Numbered from the stretch's first letter, positions 39,657-50,852 are shown. The stretch is DNA of 50,853 nt from Candidatus Heimdallarchaeota archaeon (GCA_019058275.1 JAHLVW010000085.1:1-50853); one strand, 5' to 3'. Notes: a model not told the origin generated them from the sequence alone. Program-made: numbers and translations.

Positions 39657-41843
39657 TCAATCATCTTTTTGAGTATCACTTACTTTAGCATCTTCTGATG
39701 GTCTGATCTTGTACTTGACTTCAACTATCTCATTTGGAGCAATTGTCTCAAATTTCCAAGTAAGTATTTTATCATCATCTTTATCAGTTATTTTTGCTTC
39801 ATGGCTGACATCAAACAAATCCAAACTAGCAGGTAGTTTTTCTTTAAGTTTGTAGTTTGTTAGTTCTGCTTCACCCATATTCTTGATTGATAAAGTGATT
39901 TCGAATTCACCTTCAGTAGCTAATGCTTGGATATCTTTACCTTTTGCAAGGTTCTTTCTTAAGTGAATTACTTCAATCTCTATTGGGTCTGCTTTAATTT
40001 CAATTGCTTTACCTAGTGGATAGGTATTTGCACTTAGAATAGCATCTGCTTGGTATAATGTTTCTCGAGTTGGTTTAAAAGCTGTGATTGGATATTTGAA
40101 CTCAATTTCGTCTCCAGGTTTCATTGGACCAGCATCTGTATCCTTTAGATTTTCAAGATTAATTGTTATTGTATGATCAGTTGTTGGATCTTGGTCTTCA
40201 GGTTCAATTTTGATTGCGTTATATGGTAAATCCATAGGACTTCCATTAACCAAAACTTCTACTTCATCTGTTTTTGGAGGTAAGAATTCTGCTTGAATAT
40301 TCTCAACAAGCTTAACTTCATTAAGATTAGCACCACCAGCGTTGGTTACTTTGCCAGTAAGAGTGAATGGTGTAACTTTAAATGAAGGTAGTTTCTCAAC
40401 ATCATAACAAATTGAACCTTCTAAAGCTGCTACTGCAAGCTCAACATCTGAGAAATTCAACTTAACTTTTGTAGCAATTTGGTGGTCAGCAACTGTGAAG
40501 AATTCAACTTTTGTTTTGAATTCTGGATAATCTCCTTCTTCAGAGGTATAAACCCATGGCTCTGATTCCCAAGTACCTTCAGCAGGAATAACTTGAATAT
40601 CTTCTGGATCTATGTCAACATATTTCACGCTTGCATCGTCATGTTTGTAGACATTTGCATTTACTAATCGAATCTTGAATTCACTTTTATTCTCAAAAGT
40701 AAATTTGCACTCATAAGAATTGGGCTCTTCTTCCAATTCTGAAGTATTGATATTAAATGAGTTGTTTGTGTAAGCATCAAATGACCCTATCTCAAGATTA
40801 CTTGCTGTCTCTGGTTTGAGATATTTCACAACGAATTTACCTGATCGGAGTTTGCTATCTTTATCAGAAACAAATGCTTGAACTCTTAGATCTAAGGTTG
40901 CTTCTTCATCTTGGACAAGTTTATCAATTTCCCAAAAGACTATTTGTTTACCTTCTTTATCCTTAATTTCAGCGTTTCCTACAGTTTGACTAAGGATTTG
41001 TGGGTTACTGAAGTCTTCAGAAATGACTTTGTAAGTAGCAATCTTAGTTAATTCACCAGATGCTTTGCTAGTTAGTTTTATTCTGATAAGAATTTCATTC
41101 TCAGCATTAACAGCTAGGGAATAAGATTCAATGTCAGGATCACCAGCAGTCGAAATAAACTCATGAACTTCTATTTCAGGTTCAACTTCAACCTCAAAGG
41201 TATATTCGAATTCTTTTATATCTTGAGGGTTTAATTCCTGTAATTTTATAGAGTCCTCTTCCATATCTGTATTTGAGATATTATTGAATTTGAGATCAAT
41301 ATCCCATAATCTATCTTTTTCAGAGTTATTGGTGATTTCCACTTTGCCAGTGCGGGTTATTTCTTTATCTGATGGTGTTCCATCATGCTCAAAGAATAAT
41401 TCTATCTTTTCATCTATTTTTATCGGAACCAATTTGGAATCCATTTCACTATCACCTAAAATTAGTTTTCCTTCTTTTTCACCAGTTTCCTTATCAAAGG
41501 TATCCTGGTCTTCTTCTAACTCTCCCTCTGTCTCATCCATTTCTTCCCCTTTCAATTCCTCTGCTTCTTCCTTTTCTTCACTCTCTTCTGCACCAAAACC
41601 TAGTTGTTTTAATTGACTTTCAATACCTTCGAAGTAATCAATTATTTCTTGTTTCTTTCCAAATAGTTCTGGTTCGTATTTACTGTTTATAGCTAATCGA
41701 ATCATATGTTTACCATCAAAGGACAAGTTATCTGTTAATTCAGGAAATCGTTCAAACAGCTCTTCAGCAGAGATATTTATTTCGATTTTCAATTTCTTGT
41801 TAATTGTTACTGTGCCCAAAGATTCCAAAATTATTGAAGTCAT
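39657..41843 (-). CDS. Large acidic multi-beta-sandwich protein (possibly mu-homology-domain-like)
   Basis: 728 aa, no signal peptide or TM, repeated W....L...E...L.Y/F strands. Confidence 0.7.
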   Translation of the reverse strand: MTSIILESLGTVTINKKLKIEINISAEELFERFPELTDNLSFDGKHMIRLAINSKYEPELFGKKQEIIDYFEGIESQLKQLGFGAEESEEKEEAEELKGEEMDETEGELEEDQDTFDKETGEKEGKLILGDSEMDSKLVPIKIDEKIELFFEHDGTPSDKEITRTGKVEITNNSEKDRLWDIDLKFNNISNTDMEEDSIKLQELNPQDIKEFEYTFEVEVEPEIEVHEFISTAGDPDIESYSLAVNAENEILIRIKLTSKASGELTKIATYKVISEDFSNPQILSQTVGNAEIKDKEGKQIVFWEIDKLVQDEEATLDLRVQAFVSDKDSKLRSGKFVVKYLKPETASNLEIGSFDAYTNNSFNINTSELEEEPNSYECKFTFENKSEFKIRLVNANVYKHDDASVKYVDIDPEDIQVIPAEGTWESEPWVYTSEEGDYPEFKTKVEFFTVADHQIATKVKLNFSDVELAVAALEGSICYDVEKLPSFKVTPFTLTGKVTNAGGANLNEVKLVENIQAEFLPPKTDEVEVLVNGSPMDLPYNAIKIEPEDQDPTTDHTITINLENLKDTDAGPMKPGDEIEFKYPITAFKPTRETLYQADAILSANTYPLGKAIEIKADPIEIEVIHLRKNLAKGKDIQALATEGEFEITLSIKNMGEAELTNYKLKEKLPASLDLFDVSHEAKITDKDDDKILTWKFETIAPNEIVEVKYKIRPSEDAKVSDTQKDD

Positions 41844-41920
41844 AAAAACAAATCCATTAAGCAGTATACAAAACAGTTGGGATTTGTATTAAAGTATTAT
41901 CAAATAGGTATATTCTTAAT

Positions 41921-43930
41921 TTATTCATTAATCCATACTTGCATAGATGATGGTTCTCTATTTGCCCAACAGAAATAAGGAATAGCAGTAAGTTTTTGAC
42001 CCAATTTATCTTCAGTAATTAGCTTATTTACACCACCAAATAGCTTTTTATCAAATTTGTATGTTAATTCTTTAGTTAGATCAATGGTTGCATTAGGTAT
42101 TGGTATTAAAGGATTATCTGGTGTTTCAAAACAATAGACAATTGGACCTTTCGAGAGAGCTATCTTATTTCTATTAGATTTTACTTTAGGATGTGCTCGA
42201 TGAATATTAATGCTCATTGGGAAATCTATTTCTATTACTGTCTCTTTCTCCCAAATTTTTGTTATTGGTTGAAACATGGAATTATAAGGAGAAAATCCAC
42301 TACCCGTTTGCATCGTTTGCAGTTTTGTGTTTTGTAGTGGCAAGTTTTTATTATTAATTTTGATTTTTGGATTATCAGTCCAACTAGGTATTCTCACATT
42401 AATTGTAAACTCTCGAGGATCAGCAACTTGAACCGTTAATTTTACCATTCCTTTCCAAGGTAACTCAGAATTCATTTGTAATTTTACTCTATAGTCACCA
42501 TTACTCAGAAAAATCTCAGTACTATTCCCTACAAATTGATGTATCCAAATATTCTTACTATCAAATGAATAGATAAACTCACCAAACGAAGCCCATATGC
42601 GAGAAATATTACTTGGACAGCAAGGAGTAGCAAACCAATATTTTCTTACAAGCTGACCATCTGATTCCAGCAGATTTTGGTAAAGGTATGAATTGCCTTT
42701 CAAGCCAATTCCAACAGACATTGCATTATAAAACTGCCATTCTAACAGATCTGAATATTTGGCTTCATTTGTTATCAATGCTAACTCCCAATTGAGCATA
42801 ATATTAGCAATCGCTGCACATGTTTCACAATAACAATATTTACTATTCAGTTCATAATCTCGTCCAACCCCCTCAACAGTTCCTAATGAACCTATTCCAC
42901 CTGTGATAAACATCTGTTTTCGTACCAAATGATTCCAAGTGAGTTCTAAAGCTTTTAGGATTTTAGAGTCACCAGTTTCTTGATAAAGCATAGCCATTGC
43001 TGTTGCTAAGTAGCCCCATCTTACAGAATGTCCGTATGGACGCTTCATTTTATGAATAGGTGCATTTTGCTGTTGATATCTACCAGTTAAATATTGGAAG
43101 AAACTTCTAAGATCTAATAAAGGAACCTCTTTCTGGTGTTTGGTTTCTCCTCCAAAGAAATTGATACTTGTTTCATTAACGACATTCTTGTTCTGCATAT
43201 CTTTCACAATATGCTTCTGTCGTTTGTTCTGATCTATTACTTGCTTAATGATTCCAATACCAAAGAAAGGAATTTTACCTCTTTTATACAGAAGATGAGC
43301 AGCTAAATCTAGGTATTTTTTTTGACTAGTAAGTCGATATAATCTGATCAATGCAATTTCAATTTCTTGATGTCCTGGAGTATATTTCGATTTAGCATTT
43401 TGGAAATCATTTACCAATAAATCAGCAGCTTTGGTAGCGACTCCCAATAATTTTTGCTTGTAAGTATCAGGCTCATTTGTTTCCATGTAACTTACTGCTG
43501 CTTCAATCATATGTCCTAAACAATACAATTCATGCTCTATCTGGATGTTTGCCCAACGACGATTTGGAAAATGAAACTGATTGTAAGTGTAGAGATATCC
43601 ATCGGGTTCTTGAACACTCTGTATAAGATCAATATATTCCTGAATTAAACCTGAGAGCTTGTTATTCACATTTGTTGTTAGAATCCGTGCTGCAGCATCA
43701 GCCCATTTGTGTAAATCTGAATCACAATAAAAGAAACCTAAACGATAACCTTCCTTTGTACCTGCTAAGATTCGAAAATTATCTTGGTTATGTGTTTCTT
43801 CTAGTTGATCCCATTGATAGAAAATTGCCAATGAATTGTTCATTTTTAGACGTTCATTCCAAAAAGCATCTTTTATTTGTACAGTTTTGAGAGGAATACT
43901 CTTTGATTTTACATAATTTGAGAGAGTCAT
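41921..43930 (-). CDS. Glycoside hydrolase family 127 (beta-L-arabinofuranosidase-like)
   Basis: DSDLHKW, HELYCLGH, GHQEIE, GHSVR, YCETCA, PCCP. Confidence 0.92.
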   Translation of the reverse strand: MTLSNYVKSKSIPLKTVQIKDAFWNERLKMNNSLAIFYQWDQLEETHNQDNFRILAGTKEGYRLGFFYCDSDLHKWADAAARILTTNVNNKLSGLIQEYIDLIQSVQEPDGYLYTYNQFHFPNRRWANIQIEHELYCLGHMIEAAVSYMETNEPDTYKQKLLGVATKAADLLVNDFQNAKSKYTPGHQEIEIALIRLYRLTSQKKYLDLAAHLLYKRGKIPFFGIGIIKQVIDQNKRQKHIVKDMQNKNVVNETSINFFGGETKHQKEVPLLDLRSFFQYLTGRYQQQNAPIHKMKRPYGHSVRWGYLATAMAMLYQETGDSKILKALELTWNHLVRKQMFITGGIGSLGTVEGVGRDYELNSKYCYCETCAAIANIMLNWELALITNEAKYSDLLEWQFYNAMSVGIGLKGNSYLYQNLLESDGQLVRKYWFATPCCPSNISRIWASFGEFIYSFDSKNIWIHQFVGNSTEIFLSNGDYRVKLQMNSELPWKGMVKLTVQVADPREFTINVRIPSWTDNPKIKINNKNLPLQNTKLQTMQTGSGFSPYNSMFQPITKIWEKETVIEIDFPMSINIHRAHPKVKSNRNKIALSKGPIVYCFETPDNPLIPIPNATIDLTKELTYKFDKKLFGGVNKLITEDKLGQKLTAIPYFCWANREPSSMQVWINE

Positions 43931-44142
43931 GCATTCACACCAATTATATAGATGGTCAATTATCCTTTATGTTAATGAAAATCATAATAATATAATAGCT
44001 AATAGCAAAATAATCTTATCATAAAATTGTAGAACAGAATTCTTTAAACATGTCTCTTACTATAATAGTAATTTGAGAAAAATGCCAATAAAAACAAGTG
44101 AAAGTAAATTTGAGCTTGAACCATATGGACTAAATCAAATGA

Positions 44143-44607
44143 TTGTTATCTTTAGTACAACTTCTAATCATAAGTGTGATCTCAGTTATTGCTGGAATTT
44201 TACTTAGTCAATACCAAGGAAGTTGGATTCTCTATCTTTTTGCAGGTATTGTTATTATCTCTGCTTGTGTTCTTTTTGGTATAAGGTATCGAAAAATAAG
44301 CTCAGGAACACTGGAAACGGTTACTATAAGTATTGAAGGCATAAGAAAGCATAATAAAAAAGATGGAACGATAAAATTCATGAGCTGGGATGATGACTTA
44401 CATCACTCTGTCTCTTTTGCTGATTTTATGGATGATGAAATAAGAATGAGTTGTCCATCAACGATTATGATAACTAGTAAAGATGATCTTTTAGAAATAA
44501 ATATCGAAGAATATGCTACTGTATTGGTTAAAGCTGATAAGATAGTTCAGGAATTTGAAAAAGCATTTAAGCATTTCAAAAAGCAACATCGTAAATTAAG
44601 CAAATGA
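44143..44607 (+). CDS. Hypothetical 2-TM membrane protein
   Basis: Two TM helices then a soluble domain; an upstream ATG at 44082 is one base out of frame. Confidence 0.6.
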   Translation: MLSLVQLLIISVISVIAGILLSQYQGSWILYLFAGIVIISACVLFGIRYRKISSGTLETVTISIEGIRKHNKKDGTIKFMSWDDDLHHSVSFADFMDDEIRMSCPSTIMITSKDDLLEINIEEYATVLVKADKIVQEFEKAFKHFKKQHRKLSK

Positions 44608-44737
44608 TTTTTTTTGAACACTTTTGATGCTTATCCTATACAAAATCTAATTTGTATCTGATTACGTGAGACAATTTACTTTGCTATATTGAAATAGATT
44701 TTTAGATTTGTAAGTGGAAATAGAATAGTTGGTCTAA

Positions 44738-45323
44738 ATGGTTAAGAATGGTAAGGATCAAGAAGATAAGAAAAAAACAGAGGGCTACTATCAAAAGGGA
44801 TTAGTCTATGGACAACAATCTGATGCAGAAGGTGCAATTGAATGTTGGCAAAAAGCAGTAGAACTCAATCCGGAATTCTTTGATGCTTGGTACAATCTAG
44901 GCAATGCATATCATATGGAGAAGGGGGATTTCAATACTGCATTGAAATGTTGGAAAAGAGCTCTTGAATTAAAACCTGATGACACAGATGTTTTATACAA
45001 TTTAGCAAATGCATACAGAGAGATAAGAGAATTTCAAAAAAGTAGTGAAAATAAATCTCAAAGATCATGAAGCATGGAATAATATGGCTAATGCACATTA
45101 TGGAAAGGGAGAACACGATAACGCTATTGAATGTTGGAAGAAAGCACTTGATATTAAACCTGACAAGATTGAAACTTGGTATAATATAGCTGTATTATAT
45201 TATGAACTGGAAAAGTTTGACTTATCAATTGAGTACTGTAAAAAAGCATTAGAAATAAAACCAGATTCAAGTGTTTTACAACGATTATTAAATGCTGCAA
45301 CCAAAGGTAAAGAAGATACTTGA
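44738..45323 (+). pseudogene. TPR protein split by a small deletion or frameshift near 45040
   Basis: The TPR periodicity (AWYNLG, VLYNLA, AWNNMA, TWYNIA) continues across two overlapping ORFs. Confidence 0.8.
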
Positions 45324-45350
45324 TCGTAGTTATTTGGAGTAACTCAAACT

Positions 45351-46139
45351 ATGCCTTATGTGAAATCGTTTGATGAGACAGATATCTATTATGAAATAGA
45401 GGGAGAAGGAGAACCATTGATCATGCTACCCAGTTGTGGTGTAACATTAGATTACTGGAAGTTTCAGAACCCTTTAGCTAAGAAATACAAACTTGTAAAG
45501 ATTGATGTAGCTGGTATTGTTAAATCTAGTAGAACTAGGAAAGAATATACTTATCCATCATTGGCTGAAGATGTGAAAGCAATAATCGAAAAAGAGCAAT
45601 TAGATAAAGTTGTTATTTTAGGTCACGGTCAGGGTGGGGCTATAGCTCTTGAAACAGCTTATCTTATGAAAAATAGAATAAGAGGGATAGTCTCCGTTGA
45701 TTCCTTACTACCTGGAACAGTCTACTATGGAGTAAAGGCAAATGATGAAGAAATAACAGAAGTCATGGACCTCTATAAAGGGAATTATCAAGATTACTAT
45801 GATAATCTACTTCGTAGTATGTTAGGGGATAGAGTTGTACCAGAATTGAAAGAATGGTTTGTATCTATTGCTGGGTATGAAATTAATGATCCAGATATCT
45901 TGAGAGAAATAGTTCGAATTATGTTACCTCACGACTATCATGATATCATTGATCAAGTCACTTGCCCAATAAAATATCTGCTTCAAGGAGGTTACAGAAA
46001 ACGAAAGGATGTATTGGAAGAGCAAAAGGACGCAAGATTCATTGATAATGTCGGTCATCCCTTAAATATTGAAGATCCTGAAACGTTCAACCAAATTATT
46101 GATGAATTTATGCAAGAGTTACTTGGTTCAGATTCTTAG
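45351..46139 (+). CDS. Alpha/beta-fold hydrolase (nucleophile motif GHGQG)
   Basis: IYYEIEGEGEPL, GHGQGG, GHPL..EDPE.FN. Confidence 0.85.
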   Translation: MPYVKSFDETDIYYEIEGEGEPLIMLPSCGVTLDYWKFQNPLAKKYKLVKIDVAGIVKSSRTRKEYTYPSLAEDVKAIIEKEQLDKVVILGHGQGGAIALETAYLMKNRIRGIVSVDSLLPGTVYYGVKANDEEITEVMDLYKGNYQDYYDNLLRSMLGDRVVPELKEWFVSIAGYEINDPDILREIVRIMLPHDYHDIIDQVTCPIKYLLQGGYRKRKDVLEEQKDARFIDNVGHPLNIEDPETFNQIIDEFMQELLGSDS

Positions 46140-47431
46140 TGGATTAGTAAGATTCTTTCATTTGGTGGATACAAAAACTCCACACCATTTTCAGTTACTA
46201 TTGCATTATCTTCAATATTGAACCGTACTTTTCTTCCACCCCAATCCTTTACAGGGGTGTATGCAATGAATTCAAATGCAAATAGGTTGTTTGGTTTAAT
46301 AATCAAATGAGCTCTATCAGGTCGAAATCCTGCTATTGAAGGTCCTGAAGCTACCTCACTGTTCCCAGTATTCCCTACACAATGACAATCAACTGTGATC
46401 TCTGTCTTTCCTGGATACTTTTGGTTTTTATTTGGTTCTAAACCTGGACCTCCACCAAGCATAGGATCAAGATCAAGGTGAATGTAAGTAAAACCTGCTT
46501 TATCAAGAGCACTTCCGATATTCTTCAGTGTTTCTTCAGCAGTTACACCTACTTTGATATTCTTTCGTATAACATCTCGAGCCTTTAGGGCTTGATCCCA
46601 ACCATTTTGAATGCCTGATGGAACTTTAGCTTCACCTTCTTGTAAAACATAAGCTACACGCTTGAAATCAGTCCCATAATTCATTGAACTAATCCCGTAA
46701 TCATATTGCATTAGATCTCCACGCTGAATGATATAGTTTTTTGATTGAGTTTCAGTCTTATCTGATTTAGCAGAATGTATAATGTGGGGAGTACAAAAGT
46801 CAAATGTGGATCTCGTTCCTTTAGCTAAAAGCTGATTCTCCATCCACCATCCAACATCTTCAAGCGATGTCTTTCCAGGAATAATTACTTCATTGGACAA
46901 TGCTCTTTCTAGTAACCTTCTTGCTGTTTCACATAACTGACCATAAAGAACAATCTCACTAGTAACTCTTCTTGTTCGGAAATCAGTAATTAATTGGTCT
47001 GCTGAGACTAATCTCTTTGCATATTTTTCTCCAAGCATTTTGATTAATTTTTGATAGCCTGTATATGATAATCCATCTGCTACTGCTAACCATTCAGACA
47101 TATTAATTGCTATATTTTTCGGATCGCGTTTAGATACAAATTTACTTAGCTCTTCCTCTGAACCATAAACATCATAAACTCCAAGTTCTTGAAGTACATC
47201 CTCATATCCACCAAAAACTGCACGTTTAACTCTCCCTTCACCACGATTTGAAAATACGAAATAACCAATATCTCCTCCCAAATCCAAAGTTAATGGATCT
47301 GGATTCCCCTCCCTTATGACATGAATCCACATATCAATCTTGTTTTCTTTCATTGCAATAGGTAAGATAATATCAAATTTCTCTTTACGAATTAGATTCA
47401 ACATTTCCCAACGTAAACGTGCTTCATTCAT
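46136..47431 (-). CDS. M24 family (Xaa-Pro) metallopeptidase
   Basis: IQRGDL..DYG, TDFKR.AY, H.VG, E, IEDN. Confidence 0.88.
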   Translation of the reverse strand: MNEARLRWEMLNLIRKEKFDIILPIAMKENKIDMWIHVIREGNPDPLTLDLGGDIGYFVFSNRGEGRVKRAVFGGYEDVLQELGVYDVYGSEEELSKFVSKRDPKNIAINMSEWLAVADGLSYTGYQKLIKMLGEKYAKRLVSADQLITDFRTRRVTSEIVLYGQLCETARRLLERALSNEVIIPGKTSLEDVGWWMENQLLAKGTRSTFDFCTPHIIHSAKSDKTETQSKNYIIQRGDLMQYDYGISSMNYGTDFKRVAYVLQEGEAKVPSGIQNGWDQALKARDVIRKNIKVGVTAEETLKNIGSALDKAGFTYIHLDLDPMLGGGPGLEPNKNQKYPGKTEITVDCHCVGNTGNSEVASGPSIAGFRPDRAHLIIKPNNLFAFEFIAYTPVKDWGGRKVRFNIEDNAIVTENGVEFLYPPNERILLIH

Positions 47432-47639
47432 TATTTTTCCACCAATACTATGAATTTGTTTGATTATTACTTTAAGATTCCTTATTTGAAATATATTTTT
47501 TGAGTAAAAATAAGTATTGTTTTTTTTTGATGTGCTCCTCTATGGTTTTCAATACTGTTATTCTTTTCATACAGTAAAAAAGCATAAGCGTTTAAAGAAA
47601 AACAATACAATAGAGTGTTGCGATTAGGAGATATTTCAA

Positions 47640-48272
47640 ATGGGATTCAACATTAATGAATTATTATCAAAAGATAGATTTTCAATCAATATCTTTTGGT
47701 TACATAACAAATCAATTTTTACTAAAGTAACATTATCAATGATCTTTGCTTGTTTAACAGGATTATTTGCACAGATTAGACTATATTTACCTTGGACTCC
47801 AATACCAATTACTTTACAGTCCTTAGCAGTTTTTGGAAGTGGAATCTTTTTAGGTTCATGGTTTGGAGGTTTGTCACAAATTCTCTATATTCTATATGGT
47901 TTAATGGGCATACCTTGGTTTGCAGGGAGAAACGCTGGAGTAAGTGTTCTATTAGGTCCTTCTGGAGGTTACATTATAGGTTTCATTTTCGCTAGTTTCT
48001 TTATTGGAAAAATAGTAGAAAAATTCAAAGAGCAAAATAAAGCTACTTTGTTAATTTCCAGTCAAATCTTCATATCAAATTATATCATAATCTATGGTTT
48101 GGGATTGACTCAATTGTATCAATGGTACTATTTTGTTGAAGGAACTAAATTAAGCCTTATAGTACTGTTATCAAAAGGAGCATTTCCATTCATTGTTGGA
48201 GATTTAATCAAGATTGGTGTTTCCATTCTTTTGCTAGCTAGATGTATGCTAATGGAATATAAAGGGGAATAA
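47640..48272 (+). CDS. bioY: Biotin transporter BioY
   Basis: PIPITLQ, GLMGIPWFAG, GPSGGYIIGF, PFIVGDLIK. Confidence 0.93.
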   Translation: MGFNINELLSKDRFSINIFWLHNKSIFTKVTLSMIFACLTGLFAQIRLYLPWTPIPITLQSLAVFGSGIFLGSWFGGLSQILYILYGLMGIPWFAGRNAGVSVLLGPSGGYIIGFIFASFFIGKIVEKFKEQNKATLLISSQIFISNYIIIYGLGLTQLYQWYYFVEGTKLSLIVLLSKGAFPFIVGDLIKIGVSILLLARCMLMEYKGE

Positions 48273-48315
48273 AACACTTTTTTAAAGAATATTGTGAACT
48301 TCTTCTTGATGCTTA

Positions 48316-49109
48316 ATGGAAATTCGACTAATAAACAAGGATGAAGTAACGATTATTGAACAATGCCAAAGGCTAGCTCAACAAAATTATCTTGATAACA
48401 TGGTGTTGTTACGTGATTTTTATCCTCCATGCATACATCTAACTAAAATCTATGGATTGTTTGAAAGTAGAGTTAATTTAGTAAGTTTTTTCGTAATCTT
48501 TGAGGGTTTTAAAGATTCTTCAATTGTATTGCCTGTAAAACAAAAGCAAAGCTATTTCACAAGTATAATGGATTTCTTGATTGAAGGTTTACCTGACAGT
48601 TTTATCTTCCTATCTCTGGAGTTAAAAAAAGAGAACATAGAAGATTACTTTCATGTAAAGGATTTTCATAGCGATTTTTGTATGACCCTAAGCTCGACAC
48701 AAGAACTACCTATAATCACATCACCCTATCTAAAAGTTGCATCTGCTCAAGATTTAGATCGAATCGATTCATTCTACAAATCCATAGGATCCTCTCCGTG
48801 GCATCCAAGTCAAATGGACAGTGGTTATTATCATTATATTGAAATAAACGATCAAATTGTAGCATGTGGTGGAACGCATTTTGAAACCCCCCAACTAGCT
48901 CAACTAGGGAATATTTTTGTTTTAGAGAAATTTCGAAGACAAGGATTTGGCTTAATCCTGACAATTGCAATTACAAGAAAAGTATTGGATGAGAAAAAAA
49001 CTGCTACTTTATTTGTAAATCAATATAACAACCTGCACAAGATCTATACAATAAACTTGGTTTTAAAATTCACAAACCTGCAAATCTCTTTATCTGCAAC
49101 AAGAGATAA
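48316..49109 (+). pseudogene. GNAT acetyltransferase with a frameshift near 49030
   Basis: FRRQGFG is in frame, but the motif PAQDLYNKLGF lies in another frame ending at TAA 49107-49109. Confidence 0.75.
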
Positions 49110-49168
49110 ATTGTGGACTAAAAAAAATAAGTAATTAAGTTTTTTAATTAAGATTAACAATTACGCTA

Positions 49169-50011
49169 GTGATTAAAATGAGATTAAAAAATGAAACTGC
49201 TATAATAACTGGCTCAACAACTGGCATAGGAAGAAAATTAGCTGAATTATTATTAAAAGAAGGTTGCAAAGTAACTATCTGCTCAAGAACTGAAGCTAAA
49301 GTAAAAAGGACTGTCTCAGAACTAAAGGAGCAATATGGCAAATCGGTTATTGGTTTCCCATGTGATGTTAATAACCCTAAAGATTTAAAGAAAATTGTAG
49401 AAAAGACTGTTGAACTATTTGGTTCTGTTAGAATATTAATAGCAAATGCTGGTCTAAATACTATCTATGGGTCTTTTGAATGTTTGACTCCTGAAATGGT
49501 TGAATCACATGCTAAAACCATTATTAGTACTAATCTAATGGGAGTAATGAATTCGATAAGTGCTGTATTGCCCCAAATGAATAAGCAAAAGTATGGTCGA
49601 ATTATAACTACTTCTGGTGGAGGAGCAGACAGACCACTAGATAACATGACAATTTATTCAGCTTCAAAGGGTGGTGCTGTTACTTTTTCGAAATGTTTAG
49701 CTCTAGAATTAGCTGCTAAAGATGAAGATATTAAGATTAACATATTTCAACCAGGTATAATAAAAACTACTCTAATGTCCAATGTTAAATATGTACCTAA
49801 TAGGAAAAGCAATCAAGAGGTAGAAGAGAATTTAGAATTAGTTCTTCAATATATTGGTGGTGATCTTGAGAAAAGTTGCAGTAAAGTCATTCCTTATATT
49901 ATGCCTAAAACTAAATCCAACGGTAAAGTTTTCCGTGGTTTCTCTCTACCAAAACTAATCTTTAATTCTATGAAATTGCAAAGAGCTATGAAGAAAAGAA
50001 AGGTTACTTGA
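49169..50011 (+). CDS. SDR family oxidoreductase
   Basis: TGSTTGIG, ANAG, YSASK. Confidence 0.93.
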   Translation: MIKMRLKNETAIITGSTTGIGRKLAELLLKEGCKVTICSRTEAKVKRTVSELKEQYGKSVIGFPCDVNNPKDLKKIVEKTVELFGSVRILIANAGLNTIYGSFECLTPEMVESHAKTIISTNLMGVMNSISAVLPQMNKQKYGRIITTSGGGADRPLDNMTIYSASKGGAVTFSKCLALELAAKDEDIKINIFQPGIIKTTLMSNVKYVPNRKSNQEVEENLELVLQYIGGDLEKSCSKVIPYIMPKTKSNGKVFRGFSLPKLIFNSMKLQRAMKKRKVT

Positions 50012-50039
50012 ATTAATTCAACTAATCCCTTTGCACTTT

Positions 50040-50852
50040 TTAGAAATGATTGTTTTTTACAAAGTCTATAAGTTGGCTCCAGTTGCCATATGAGCTTTCA
50101 TAAAAGTAATCTGGTTCCGTCTTAACCTCTTCGTTTGCAAAACCATATTCATTTAAGCCCATATCTGATGTCATTCTAATTACTAGTTTACTATATGGAA
50201 GAACAAAATACAATGGTGTTATACCTATGCCATCACCACATGTTGTTGTTCCATAAATTGTTGCAAAGTTTGATTGTTTGCAAAAAACTGCAAAAGATTC
50301 AGCAGCTGAATAGACATTATTATCTACTAGTAAAATTATTTCGCCATTGAAATCATATTGATCATAAGCAAGTGTAAATGGTGAAGTTGTATTGTATAAT
50401 TCGAAATCATCTGTTAATACTTCAGGAGGTATGTTACTAATTTTATCTTTGGGTACAGTTATTTCAATATCATGTGCTTCTCTAAAATATTGAACATATT
50501 CACCAGTCCGAAATGCCATATATGTTTTATAATTCATGGTTCCATTAGCAAGTGGATTAACTATGTTCTCTAACCAATAATCAGTAGAACCTCCTCCATT
50601 ACCTCGAATATCGATTATAAGACAGTCAAAGTCTTGAATCTGATTATAGAATGAAATTAGTGTTTGATAATCTATCGAGATATAATTATGTGGAAACGAT
50701 CGAATATGGACATAACCAACGCTTTCATTTGTCCATACTTCTGTATACAACATTCTTGAGGGATATTTCCAAATATTCATATAACCAGCATAATTTTCTC
50801 CAATAGTTTGTGTTGTTTCATGACCAGTAGTATTTCTTATAGTAAAAAGTGC
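50040..50852 (-). CDS. S41 family peptidase, C-terminal part (runs off the window edge)
   Basis: DIRGNGGG, SAAE, G..T.G; the frame is open to the window edge. Confidence 0.88.
   Translation of the reverse strand, partial: ALFTIRNTTGHETTQTIGENYAGYMNIWKYPSRMLYTEVWTNESVGYVHIRSFPHNYISIDYQTLISFYNQIQDFDCLIIDIRGNGGGSTDYWLENIVNPLANGTMNYKTYMAFRTGEYVQYFREAHDIEITVPKDKISNIPPEVLTDDFELYNTTSPFTLAYDQYDFNGEIILLVDNNVYSAAESFAVFCKQSNFATIYGTTTCGDGIGITPLYFVLPYSKLVIRMTSDMGLNEYGFANEEVKTEPDYFYESSYGNWSQLIDFVKNNHF

Noticed and set aside
1944-49647. Many 60-113 aa ORFs nested in or antisense to longer genes (for example 1944, 2349, 3528, 7379, 14829, 16040, 21585, 28443, 41284, 47792)
   Set aside because: They overlap well-supported genes and show no recognisable motifs, so they are treated as shadow ORFs.
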